Positions 1-12,170 of a stretch of 64,000 nt of DNA are shown piece after piece. The DNA is from Podarcis melisellensis. Its lineage: Eukaryota. A model generated the notes under the pieces. The model was not told the origin of the DNA. It saw only the letters and a program-made list of their open reading frames with translations, and searched no databases. The stretch lies in assembly GCA_964234715.1 (NCBI GenBank), contig OZ174276.1; one strand, given 5' to 3'. A program made the position numbers and the translations under genes. The first letter of the stretch is position 1. Each line of letters starts with the position of its first letter.

Positions 1-1408
1 CATATACATATTTACAAAACAAAACATTTAAAATATGAAAAGTTCCTATTTAGCAAATACACATTATGTTAAGTGATTTTAGCTTCTTTATACAAACTCC
101 CTGCAGCTTCTAGTATGAGGGCCTAATACTGCAGTCTGGTGTGAAATGCAATGAGAAGTATAGACTACTGATATGTCAAAACTATTGACATATTTTCTTA
201 TACATCTTATATATGAAGTGCATCCTAATTAAAAGCAATATACCTGATTCTATTAAAGCACAGGTATTGCATTCTCTAAATTCATGTATTACTGATCACA
301 CAATAGCTAATGAGTACATTAATTAATCCTACAGTTCTAGTATTTAACAGGATGCAATTTTGACAAGTCTATTATTCTTTCTAATCGTAGTGTTCTATAA
401 GGTAATAGTACCAAAAAAGACAGACTCTGTTGGTAAGGTTTGAAAACGCCTTCAGATACAGCAAAACCAATTACATAATCTTTACTAGCCTGGGCATTTC
501 TGTTGAAAGGAAGACGCATCTCAAAATTGTTTCACACTCAGTGCTGAAATTACTTTATATGTGCAATCAAGATGAAATTAAAGATATAAACAATGGGACA
601 TATACTGCACACCTTATGTAATCCTGCTCCTCCACTGGCTCACAAAAATTTTATTACAGTGATACAGATTACTAATACGTGTGGCATGAAGATGCACAAC
701 ATTTGCATTTCCAAACAGGTGTGACCAAATGCTGTTCATTTTAAGCACTATATTTTGTTACTGAACATCAAACATAGAAAATAGTTGTACTTTTGTGTAC
801 TTATTTTTATTTAGTTGTAGTGTATGTACTATAATCACTTTCCTCGGTGTAAACACTATTGAACTTTGTGGGACTTCTGAGTAAACATATAATTTACTGT
901 GGTGTTAGAAAACCCAAGTTTCACAGAACAGACACCACGACACTGCCACACCCCTTCCCATTAGAAAAAAGGTCTAAATGCTTATAAATTGATTGCACAA
1001 TAAAATACTAATTATTGTTCTATTGAATACGTTTAACTTTCCTCTTTTTCTTTGCCATGGTATACTTATTTGGTCAGTCTACAATGAGACAAACTGGACA
1101 CATAGGTATGTCCCCCTTAATGATAATAACAATGCAATAAATGATTTATTGGGTTCCTCAAGGCATTTGTGTATTAGATCAAATGAACTAAATTGAAGTC
1201 TGCAGGAGTAGGACTAATGACTAGAGATTTGTGATATTTATTTATTTATCAAAACCACTTGGTTGCTATAAAACCCATACACATAAAGAGTGAGATAGAC
1301 AAATAAGTTAACTAGCGGAGGTGGGAGCCTTTCGACATACTGTATAAGATTAAAACAAAAAAAAATTCCTTCCAGTAGCACCTTAAAGACCAACTAAGTT
1401 AGTCCTTG

Positions 1409-1446
1409 GTATGAGCTTTCGTGTGCATGCACACTTCTTCAGATAC
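1409..1446 (-). ncRNA. Minimal type I hammerhead ribozyme motif (mirror copy)
   Basis: Exact reverse complement of 1455-1492. Confidence 0.65.
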
Positions 1447-1454
1447 ACTGAAGT

Positions 1455-1492
1455 GTATCTGAAGAAGTGTGCATGCACACGAAAGCTCATAC
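1455..1492 (+). ncRNA. Minimal type I hammerhead ribozyme motif (PLE-associated)
   Basis: Stem I GUAU/AUAC, core CUGAAGA plus one extra A, stem II GUGUG-CAUG-CACAC, GAAA, palindromic A-GC-U stem III. Predicted cleavage after C1488. Confidence 0.65.
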
Positions 1493-2734
1493 CAAGAACT
1501 AACTTAGTTGGTCTTTAAGGTGCTACTGGAAGGAAATTTTTTTGTTTTGACTATGGCAGACCAACACGGCTACCTATCTGTAACTGTATAAGATTAGTAA
1601 GTCTGTCTTGCACACCTATCAATAAGAATATAAGTCTAAGAAAATCGTATTGCGATGAAACTATTCTACCAACACCCAGCCATAAACTTATGATTTGCTG
1701 CTGATAGCACAAGACTTGCTTCAGAGATCCCAGCACCACACAAGGGCAATCTTTCACTCAAATAGCACTATCATTGCTGCTTACGTTCAAAGAAGCATAT
1801 CCCTTACCAATAACAGAAGCATTATAACATGGGGGAGAGAGGCAATCAATTCCTTGTATCCCACCAGTCCAGGATATCTTTGGCTTCTAATTCCAGTATA
1901 GCTTTGCCCTGTTTAAGAACGGAATCAAAGCAATTTCCCATTTGCTTTTAAGGGCAAGCACCTTTCTGTGCTAGTTGATTTCCACACCAACGTAGTTTGC
2001 ATGGCTTTGTGTAAATGTGTAAGTTCCTGGAGGGGATTGGGGCTGCTGTGCTGCTTTCCTGGTCGTCCACCTGCCATACTACCATCAGCTAAGCCATGGT
2101 TTGGCTTACTATGTCTGAACCTGGGCTCATGGTTTGTCTTGCTCTAGACAAACTGTGGTTCTGGCTTTGGAGGACACCGCTAGGCCAAGCCATGGCTTAG
2201 CCCGGAGCAATAGGAGGACCAGGGAAGAATGTAGCACCTGTGATCTCTCTGGGAACTCGCATGTTGTGGTGTCAGCCTGTGCTTGCATCACAAATACAAT
2301 AGGAGATAGGATTAAGCTGTGTCTTTGGTCATAACCAGTTTCAAACTGGGCAATAACTGAGTATTCCAGTCCTCATGTTCACTCCTTGACTCCAGATGTT
2401 AAAGGATAAGCAAGCTTACTCTCACCACCATATGTAACACTAACAGGATACAACATTGTACCTGAAATATTGCCATAAAGAGCCTAAAAATGTGGGGGGG
2501 AGACTCCAACCCTTCTAAAGAAAGTTTAAAAGACATGTTCAGCCCAAAAGTTTACTTGGAAATTAGTCCAAATGGCTTCATTTCTGAATAAATATTGTAA
2601 AAGTCTGGGAGCATAAGACTTCAGTCCTATGCAAACTTTAAGCCACACTAAACAGTGTATGGATCACTTTCAAGCCAACATACAAAGCAGTGTGCTGCAT
2701 AGAAGCTACCATAATATACCTAAGAAGGAAGATA

Positions 2735-2950
2735 CTGTGGTACCTCGGGTTACATACGCTTCAGGTTACAAACTCCGCTAACCCAGAAATATTACCTTGG
2801 GTTAAGAACTTTGCTTCAGGATGAGAACAGAAATCGTGTAGCGGCGGCGCAGTGGCCCCATTAGCTAAAGTTGTGCTTCAGGTTAAGAACAGTTTCAGGT
2901 TAAGAACAAACCTCCAGAACGAATTAAGTTCTTAACCCGAGGTACCACTG
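2735..2950. mobile_element. Tc1/mariner-superfamily (Tigger/pogo-like) MITE
   Basis: TIRs c(t)gtggtacctcgggtt / aacccgaggtaccactg flanked by TA. Closely related to 16247-16489. Confidence 0.85.
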
Positions 2951-3479
2951 TACTCAGTACTGCATATGATTTGACCCATGCCAACTACACAACTGAAAGA
3001 GGAATTGTAAAGCACCTTGTCTTCTGAAATGTTCTATGTAAATAAATTTATGTGCAATAAAGTCATTGCATTAACCATGGCTATACATATCTAGTTATTA
3101 CTGTAAAGGTTTAACCATTTTATAGGTAAGTAGCATAGTTTATGACAAACTATTATATTTACTCAGACACCTCACAACAGCAGACAATAGCTCATCCTGT
3201 TCTAATGATAGCAAAACATTCTATGAGAAGGATTTCGTCTAATCAACTGTTTTAAAGCCCCGATTTTCTTTCACTATAGAAGCTGTCGTTCTCAACCAGA
3301 ATTGCATATAGTACTGATTTGCCATCTTAAAACTACATAAACATCCTACAGTTTTTTACCAGAAGAACTAGTGCACAGACTCCTACATCTGCATTCCTAC
3401 ATCTGCGCTTACTGACATTTGCTTCCAAGTGAACATCGTTTGGATCGGGCTGTATCAGTTTTACGTGCGGCTAAATTGT

Positions 3480-4330
3480 TCAAAACGCTTCGAGGCTTGC
3501 ATAGCGCTGCTTCTGCTTAGATCCGCTTGATGGCAATCCATGGAGGAACTCATCCGAACTACAACTCCTATGAAACCCCGCGCTGTTGCACAATCCGGGG
3601 CAGCGAGCGCAGGGCACCCCTGGAAGTTGTAGTTTCATTGGCCGGAAGCCTAGTAGAAGAAAAGGGGGACTTTCCGCCATCACCGGGACTACAAGCCCCA
3701 GCATGCTTTGGGTAACCCGGGGCGGTAATGGCGGCGGCAGCGCCTGCGCATTGCGGTCTCCGTGCGGACCGCGCAGAGTGAATAATAAAGCTCTCCTCCT
3801 CGGTGGTAGCGGGCGGCGGCGGAGGGAGTGGAAGGCAGGAGCATGTCGAAGGGCCCGGTAGCGACCGGGCCTCCCGCGACCGGGCCGGTGGCGCCCGCCA
3901 GCGCGCTCCAGGCGCAGCCCGAGAAGCCGCAGCACTACACGTACGTAGCGAGAACACCCGCAGCCGCCACTTACTGCTGCTGCGACCGCCGCCGCCGCAC
4001 CCCTCCGCCCGGCACCCGCCCGCGCGCCACACACGCCTGACGTCAGCGGGCAGCGTGCGGCTCGCGCGCACGGAAGCCAACCGCCCGCCCGGAACCGGCT
4101 GGAACCGGTCGTGGCCGGCCTGGGCCGGTGGAATTTCGCCTGAGTGGGAGGGGGCGGGGCGGGAGCTGACACCCCCCCCGCCGCCGCCGCGCGCTTTTCC
4201 GTTCCCGCGCGCGAGTGCGCGCGCAAGAACAACCCCACATACATAATACACACACCCCACAAGCTGAGGCGCGCGATACCCATGATGCGTTGCGGCTCGC
4301 GCACCCCATGGCTCCCTTTACGTTGACTTT
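3480..4330. promoter_or_regulatory. CpG island / UNK promoter, 5' UTR and exon 1 region
   Basis: Abrupt GC- and CpG-rich tract in an AT-rich background. Motif matches: ZNF143/THAP11-type ACTACA motifs (3558-3568 +, 3614-3633 -, 3688-3706 +), ATTGG 3637-3641, ETS CCGGAAG 3642-3648, GGGACTTTCC 3666-3675, YY1-like AATGGCGGC 3727-3735, NRF1-like GCGCCTGCGCA 3740-3750, CRE TGACGTCA 4038-4045. Confidence 0.85.
3843..3940 (+). CDS. UNK: UNK coding exon 1 (MSKGPVATGPPATGPVAPASALQAQPEKPQHY-T)
   Basis: MSKGP...LQAQPEKPQHYT matches the vertebrate Unkempt N-terminus. In-frame upstream TAATAA at 3783-3788. Donor AC|gtacgt, phase 2. Confidence 0.95.
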
Positions 4331-5355
4331 AGGGGGGTAGTGGGTACCTCTTGTAATCTTCCTCGCCCCCCTTTCCCCAAATCATCTGTTTTGTACTTGG
4401 TAGTGTCTCTCTATCTCGACTCTGCCTTCTTCCGCTTAGTAAAACGGTAATGCGTCTTTCCATGCCGCCAAGTAGGACGGTTGTGAAGTCAAATGTTGGA
4501 AAAACAAGTGGTTTAGTTTACTATGTTTCTATATAATCTTCGCTTTCTTTCTTAAGTACTAACCTCGTGTTAATGGCCGTGGGCTTGTGGTAAACACAAA
4601 TAAGGAGATCCTTTATCTTATTTCGAACTGTCTTTTCTAGAGTAAAGGGACCATCTCATAAAATCTAAGCTGCTCTTTGCCAGAGCTTTGACTTTCTTTG
4701 CTGTTCTTCCTTGGCACTGGGTTAGTTTGTCTTTCTCTCAGGAGATGCCCCGTTAACATTTCAAGAATAAGGGGAGCTGTGGTGTGTGTTTTGTGAAGTG
4801 AAGGATGCCAAGCCCAGGAGAAACGTTACGTAGAGTAAATTGCTATAATTCTAGGGGGGGAAATGGTAACAAAAGAGAGAGCATAAAATAGTGTTTTTTC
4901 CTCAGTCGCTGTAGTACAAAATGCTTTGGTAGAAAAATGTCAAAGGGATACTGAGTGCTGAAATAAATGGCCTGTTGGTGTTCTGTGGCAATTGTGTGAG
5001 GAAAGTATTGTTTTCACTCCATTCAGAAATCCTGGTAAATTCTCTTGTGACCTAATTCTGTGAATAACTGGCTAAGCAAATGCAGGTATTTTGGACCAGA
5101 CAGTGAATTATGTGCCACTGGTGACATCACCAACCTCTGTAACATTACACTGCAGGTGCAAATCCACAAAGGATGCTAGTACCTTGGCATAGTGTTGTGG
5201 GACAGTGGTACTATGCTAGAAACAGCCTCCATTTTTGTATGTGTCTTGTGGTATAATGCAAAGCTAATATATGGCACAGAATTGGCCAGAAATGCAGTAC
5301 AGCCAGGTTAGAACTGAAAAAGTGCAACCCATCTATCTTAGCCTGCAATCCTATA

Positions 5356-5596
5356 CAGTGGTTCCTCGGTTTTAGAACAGTCCTGTTTAAGAACGATTTG
5401 GTTTACGAACTCCACAAAACTGGAAGTAGTGTCCCGGTTTGCAAACTTTACCTTGGTCTAAGAACAGAATCCAAATGGTGGAAGGGCACCAGTGGCGGGA
5501 GGCCTCATTAAGTAAAGCGCGCCTCGGTTTAAGAACAGTTTCGGTTTAAGAACGGAATTCCGGAACGGATTAAGTTCGTAAACTGAGGTACCACTG
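5356..5596. mobile_element. Tigger/pogo-like MITE nested in a short palindromic repeat
   Basis: TA|cagtggttcctcggttt ... aaactgaggtaccactg|TA. Confidence 0.8.
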
Positions 5597-6918
5597 TACC
5601 TACATTCCTTGGACTAAACCCATTGAACTCAATAGGGCATACTTTTGATTGGACATGTGAATTGTCTCAAGGATATGGAGAAGTGGAATTAAAATGTTGT
5701 AAATCAATAAAATGCTTCAGAGCTAGTAATACCGCTACAAGCGGTCACTGTGTTTTAACTGATAACAAATGTTAGTGCAGAGTTGTCTTACTTGTAACAC
5801 AGAAGATCCTGCTGCTGTAGCTTGCTCCAGTATACCTCCTCCATGCAAATGCTCATTTATTTAATAAGTTTTGAAATTAATGGCTTCCTAGCCAGAATGT
5901 GGTACACTCCTGAAGCAGGCAAAGTTGAACAATAAAATAAATTGGATACATACGGTAACTGTTGTGCAAAATTGCTTGGGTATTTGTTCTGCTGGTCAAT
6001 TGGGACTCAACCAATTTTAATATCAGGCCTAGTTTACAAGTATGACTGTAACACACACAAAAAAAATCAAATGGTGAAATAAATGATACCAGGAATACAG
6101 TTCATAGGTGTGTTTTTTCATTTTTGCCTTGTGGGTGCATTTTGATTATTTTAAAGTTTACTGAACTCATCTGTGAGGTTTAAAAATCAGTTTTCTTGAA
6201 AAAATTTGCTCAGACAAGACTTGCTGATAGACTTTGCAAATTGATGTTTCAAATGCAGTCTATTCTTTGCATGATCACACGTATTTTACTATAGTAATCA
6301 GAGCTTATGCTGAAGTAAGTGTGAGCTTACTTAGGAGTAAGTGGGGTTAAGATTGCAGCCTTAGTGCAGCAAACACATTTGTGTTCACAGAATGTAATGC
6401 TTGGCATTCATTTGCTTATACTTTTGGCATTTATTTGTTGTTGTTGTTTTGTTGTTGTTGTTTTTGCAATGAGAGAACCATGTGTCTTCTGGTTCTGCTG
6501 ACTGTAATCTGTCCTTGATCCCTTCTCTCAAAAAGTTACTAAACATCTGCTTATAAGTATAAGGAATTTCTTGCTGGACTGTTCCTTGCATGCATATTTA
6601 TGAAGTAATTAGTAATATGTGTATTTAATAGTGTGTTATGACTTCATCTACTGTGAGGAATTAAACAGTTGTCTTTGCAAAGTGAAAACTTTGAGAACTG
6701 AGATAATCGTTACTATACACGTTGCTGATGACTGTAGATATCTCCCTGAAGAAACATTATTGTTGCTTGAATCTGCCTTCCCCAGAAGAAAAACCTGACA
6801 GCCACTTTTCACCAGCGTTAGAAACTGAGATATGAAAGCTAGGAGCTAAATGGCACCTTAAACCAAGGTTATGGGTGCAACAATGGAATATCTAGGCACA
6901 CTTTTTAATAACAAGAAT

Positions 6919-7116
6919 TGTTGCTGTTTAGTAGTTTAGTCGTGTCCAACTCTTCGTGACCTCATGAACCAGAGCATGCCAGGAACTCCTGTCTTCCACT
7001 GCCTTCCGTAGTTTGGTCAAACTCATGCTGGCAGCTTCGAGAACACTGTCCAACCATCTCATCCTCTGTCGTCCCCTTCTCCTTGTGCCCTCAATCTTTC
7101 CCAACATCAGGGTCTT
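6919..7116 (-). mobile_element. BovB (RTE LINE) 3' fragment
   Basis: Peptide TLMLGKIEGTRRRGRQRMRWLDSV, (CAA)n-type tail, 11-bp TSD ataacaagaat (6908-6918 and 7117-7127). Confidence 0.9.
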
Positions 7117-7176
7117 ATAACAAGAATACAAAGCTGAAAATTAATGAACTGCAGCTAAAATATTATGTTCATTTTT

Positions 7177-7242
7177 CTAGTCCTTCCCCTACCTCCCTCC
7201 CTACCTAATCTAGTCCTTCCCCTACCTCCCTCCCTCCCTAAT
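7177..7242. repeat. 33-bp tandem duplication, pyrimidine-rich
   Basis: ctagtccttcccctacctccctccct(a/c)cctaat, two copies. Confidence 0.85.
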
Positions 7243-7287
7243 ATTCTTAACAGGGTCTCTTCCCTAGTCTTTGGAGAGTAGCTGGAA

Positions 7288-7609
7288 GTAAAAGGTAAAG
7301 GGACCCCTGACCATTAAGTCTAGTCGCAGACGACTCTGGGGTTGCAGCGCTCATCTTGCTTTACTGGCCGAGGGAGCTGGCATACAGCTTCCGGGTCATG
7401 TGGCCAGCATGGAAGCCGCTTCTGGCGAACCAGAGCAGCGCATGAAAACACCGTTTACCTTCCTGCCGGAATGATACCTATTTATCTACTTGCACTTGAT
7501 GTGCTTTCAAACTGCTAAGTGGGCAGGAGCAGGGACTGAACAACGGGAGCTCACCCCATTGTGGGGATTCAAACCGTCGACCTTCTGATCGGCAAGCCCT
7601 AGGCTCTGT
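7288..7609 (-). mobile_element. Sauria SINE (5' head slightly truncated)
   Basis: (ACCTTT)n tail read as aaaggtaaagg, characteristic body, B-box-like ggtttgaatccc on the - strand. Confidence 0.85.
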
Positions 7610-8803
7610 AGAAAGGCAGAAAAAGGTCTTCCTTTCCTTCCACTCCACAGTTTTAATCCGAAATCTTAGGCACAGTACTGTTCTCAGAGCTCAGAAACTG
7701 CTCACGCCAATGAAATTCCGTGTTACAAAATGCGCATAGAACAATGAGAGTTTAGAACACTGCTTTCCACATTATATTAGGGACACTGAAATATGATCAG
7801 TTATCATTTTTATGTCTAATTGTCTCATAATGAAACATGGTTAAGATGACTGAGTTCAGACATGCTGATCCACAGCATACCTGTATCTTCTTTAGAGGCA
7901 GATACATATTTTCTTAAGCCTTTAACATTTTAGGAGGGTTTTTAATCTTGGAAATTTGAAGCAAGCAAATTTCCAATTTTGATAATTGGGTAAAGCAAAA
8001 TAACAACCCAGAGAGGGGGGGGAGGGAGTGTTCCTGTGTCCTTAAGCAGCTGTACACCTTATACTAGTTAAAGTAGTTGGGCTTGAAACGGTAGCAACAT
8101 TTTCTCTCTTTTATAAGATGTTGGAATGTATTGACAATGGAAGGAATATAATTATGAAGGGGTTGTTGCTGGAATGTAAAAGTAGTTTTTGTATGCCATT
8201 TAAAAAACACAAATCTAGAAATTGAGGTTGTGTGAGAAAGATAAAATGTTTAGGCATTGGGCTGCTTGAAATACAAAGCTAAACCATGGTTTGGTGTTAC
8301 TTAAACAAGCCTAAGGACCGCTCTCGTGCCCCTGGCACACATGATCCCACCTTCCCTTGCATGCCACAACACTTCCTTCCTGATTTTAAGCAAATCATAG
8401 TTCATCTCCCCCCCCCATTATTATTTTTTTGCAAACTATGGTTTGTGCTTGTGTGTATCCCAGTTCTGTTACGTAGAAGTAAGTTTGCACTGGTGCATTG
8501 TCACCAAGGCTATGTATACTTCGCAGAACTTATATTATTATTTTAAAATGTGTAGAAAGGAAACCTAAATCCTGTGTCAATTAAAGCTGGTTTTATTTTT
8601 ATTTGGAACAATTTTGCCCTTTTATGCTCTCATAAAATTCATTAGACTTCTAATTGTGGAGAGGAGCAAGAAGCTATGCAAGGTACTTATCCCTAGACCA
8701 CTAGAAAATCTGTTTAACCTCTTGTCAGTTAGGCTGTTGGCTTGTTTCTCTCCAAAAAATCAAGGGTTTTAAACCACAGTTAAGTTTCAACTATGGTTTA
8801 AAG

Positions 8804-9376
8804 AAGTGGTTCCCAAACTTTTTTGAGCCACTGTCCCCTTCGTTGCATACAATCAACTCTAGGGCTTCCTACCTTACCCTTCTGTATAAAAAGCATTGCT
8901 GTACAGTCATACCTCGGGTTACAGATGCTTCAGGTTGCTTTTTTTCAGGTTACGGACCGCCGAAACCCGGAAGTACCGGAACGAGTTACTTCCGGGTTTT
9001 GGCGGATGCGCAGAGGCGCCAAATTGCAGCCTGCGCAGACGCACCGCTGCGGGTTGTGAACGTGCATCCCGCATGGATCATGTTTGCAACCCGAGCGTCC
9101 ACTGTATTCAGAATAGTGGTTTGCACAAGCCACTAAGGAGTACAATAACACAAAAACATCAAAACAATAACCATTAATTGCATATTTACTGAAAATGCAA
9201 TTGAAACTATTTCGTTTAGATAGTGATGAACTTGATCCAGGGACACCAGTTTTTCGAAGTCATATAGTTATTTACATCTCCAGCACCTCCCTGCTGCCCC
9301 CGTACCTCTAAGCTCCCCCCCCCCAGGTAATCTCACCCACCCCAGAGGGCTGTACTGCACACTATGGGAGCCACTG
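8804..9376. mobile_element. Non-autonomous hAT element
   Basis: Termini (a)agtggttcccaaac / tatgggagccactg, 8-bp TSD gtttaaag (8796-8803 and 9377-9384). Confidence 0.75.
8904..9104. mobile_element. Tigger-like MITE nested in the hAT element
   Basis: TA|cagtcatacctcgggtt ... aacccgagcgtccactg|TA. Confidence 0.8.
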
Positions 9377-10565
9377 GTTTAAAGTCATGTGTAAACAAGG
9401 CAAGAAAGTGAGTGAAATCATAGAATCATAATACACTCCTGAATTTGCCTTCCTTTTTTGTAACACCACAAATTTGCAATAAAGTTATAAACAAAGGCGT
9501 GTCTGCTTGAGGTGATTTAACCCCAAGAGTTCAAGCAATGAGTATGACATATTAATTCTATCAGTCAACCATTAGGTCTTCCACTTGCAGTCTGCAGAGC
9601 AGTTATTAAAAGGGAAAGCCTGAATAAGAGACAGTTAAGAGTTTACTAGACGAGAACTATAAGGAGTAATAAGTGTGAAAAGCAGTGAGATTTCCATGTG
9701 AACAAAGCTCATTGTGCTGAAGAAGCTGAAGATCAAATGTAGTTATTGGCATGGTATGTTTGTCTCCTTTCATAGTAAAATGATCATGTGAAATATTTGC
9801 TTGAGTATTCCCATGCAAAACACTTAACTAGTGGTCTATTTTTATAAGCAAATAGAACAATGTTGGTGTTAAAAGGATTTCAGTGAGATTTCTAAGTAAT
9901 GCTTTTTTGGAATTTTGCATCTTGATCTTGGCAACATGTTTCCTTCTAGCCATGGGACCATGAACACAGACCTCATGGCTACCTACAGCAGACCGATTCA
10001 GGCGTAGTTTCTGTACCAAACTGAGCAAAACTTACTCCATTGCTGGATGTGGTTTTACTTTTGCAATGTAGCAGCCTGCTTTTACACATGGTCAAGCTGA
10101 TTAACTTGCTGATTAATAGGGAAACCTGTTTGGGGCAGTTACCTGAAAATTCTGTTGATTTTAGCAATTAATTTTTTTCCTCAGAGAAGCATTTTTGGTT
10201 TCATTTTCAGTCAAGGTACTTTGGCTTAACTCTGTTATGAATCTGTCACACTAGGGCTGCAGTATCTAATTAAGTCAATGGGATTATTCAGGAGTTGGCT
10301 GCAGGCTACAAGGTTTATACTAAGACAAAATAGCTCACATACTTCCCTATTCCTGGAGTTGAGGTGGCACCTGGAATCTGTTTACAGAGTTTTGGCTGTA
10401 GCGTTGGGAAGCATTCGCTGGAAATAGATATAAGGACATGCTTATTTTGAAATGCAATTTTATAATTGCACTAAGAATACGTAGTTCTTGAAATGTTTTA
10501 TTGGCTCTCAAGACCCCAGAAACATAGTCATATGAAAAATTTTACAATTTTGCACTCTGTGTTTC

Positions 10566-10567
<2 letters not shown>

Positions 10568-10614
<47 letters not shown>
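10568..10614. repeat. (GT)n microsatellite
   Basis: About 23 perfect GT units. Confidence 0.98.
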
Positions 10615-10619
<5 letters not shown>

Positions 10620-11899
10620 CCAGAGTTGGGTGGGGATAGAGAATCAAGAAATGTTACAAAATAACAGAATGTCATGGCAGTTGTTACATATGACAGCAGT
10701 TAGATGAGAGCTTTATACATTTGTGGCATTGTGTGAACATCTTACTGAATGTTTTCATCTTCTATTTAGCTACTTTCCTTAATTTTTGTAAATGAATGAT
10801 TAAAGGGACTAATCAGTGTCATTATTAATGCCAATACTCCCCCCCCCAACAACATCCAGAAGTAGAGTCACTGAGAGTTTGATTGCAGTTTGACATGTTC
10901 CCTGAAGTGAAGATGTTATACTGCAAGGCAATACCAGTGAGTTCCACATGATTTGAAAGTTAAACCCAAGAATCATTGGATTTTCACCTGTGTGTGGAAA
11001 TTATACCTTGGAATATGTTAGACTGAAGCAAAATAAGCATTTCTTATGACCAATTGACAAAGCTGTATTCAAAGGAAGTGAAAGCAAGTGATCAGGTGTG
11101 TTAGGAAAGAAAATATTCATTTTAAAAAATGACTGGTTGTGCCAGAATGTTAATGGAGATGCACATTCAAAAGCAGTCACATTGAAAATGATCCACTTGG
11201 ATTTATTCACTTGGATGCAAGCAGCATTGACACCTAGTGCATATTTAAATGCATTCTGCATTCAGGACACCACAGATGAAAAAGCCCTCTCCTGTGTTGA
11301 CATCTGCCTCATCTCTCCTAGTAGGGGCACTCTACAGAGGACAGTGGAGTAGAAACAGCTTAACAATCAGACACATTGTTTCAGGAGTAGGGAGCCCTTA
11401 AGGTACCTGAGTTCCAAGCTGTTAGGAGCTTTAAAGATCAAAACCAGTATCTTGAACTGTGCTCAGAAATAATCAATAGTCACTGAAGATCTTTTAAAAC
11501 TGGCAGGATACATTCCCAGTGAGCCATAGTTGGCTTTTAATGATTCCAAGTACATTAGTTTTTCTGTTAGTTAAGTTGATGATACTTTAACAGTTAGTTT
11601 GAATGCCAGATTGTTATTTAATTAATTGGTAACATTTGCTTCTCATACTTCTGTCAGAAAGGAGACCATCTTTAAGGAGTCAAGCAATATAAGGCCCAAG
11701 TTAACTGAGCAATCCTGTGCATTTTTGCTCAGAAATGAGTTCTCACTGTGTATAATAGAGCTTATTGCCAGGTTAGTGTGCATAGATTTGTAACCTTAAA
11801 TCTTCAGTAAATATTCAAATGATACTGACAGAGTGCATTTCTTTAATATTTGTAAATGTTTCCTTAAAAAGAGGCACAACTTATTACAGTAACCAAGTT

Positions 11900-12124
11900 A
11901 CAGGGAACCAGGCAGAGGGCCTTCTTGGTAGTGGCGCCCTCCCTTGGAACGCCCTCCCACCAGATGTCAAAGAGAACAACAACTACCAGACTTTTAGAAG
12001 ACATCTGAAGGCAGCCCTGTTTAGGGAAGCTTTTAATGTTTGATGTATTACAGTATTTTAATTTTTTTTTTAAGCCGCCCAGAGTGGCTGGGGAGGCCCA
12101 GCCAGATGGGCGGGGTAAAAATAA

Positions 12125-12163
<39 letters not shown>
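11900..12163 (+). mobile_element. L2-type LINE 3' fragment with (ATT)n tail
   Basis: ORF end ...PWNALP...FRRHLKAALFREAF, 3' stem-loop gccgcccagag...gggcgggg, (ATT)n at 12125-12163. Confidence 0.75.

Positions 12164-12170
<7 letters not shown>

Larger units (their letters stand above)
1353..1582. mobile_element. Penelope-like element terminal fragment with inverted duplication
   Basis: Inverted arms of about 97 bp around 1450-1451, tail ...ggcagaccaacacggctacc, 14-bp TSD actgtataagatta (1339-1352 and 1583-1596), hammerhead core motif. Confidence 0.8.

Noticed and set aside
1-3480. Expected upstream neighbour H3F3B or a divergent gene
   Set aside because: No histone H3 or other coding exon is recognisable here, only repeats and AT-rich DNA.
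3480-4326. Long overlapping ORFs (274 aa, 230 aa, 147 aa and others) across the CpG island
   Set aside because: Low-complexity Arg/Ala/Gly/Pro translations expected from stop-poor GC-rich DNA. Only 3843-3940 matches a known protein.
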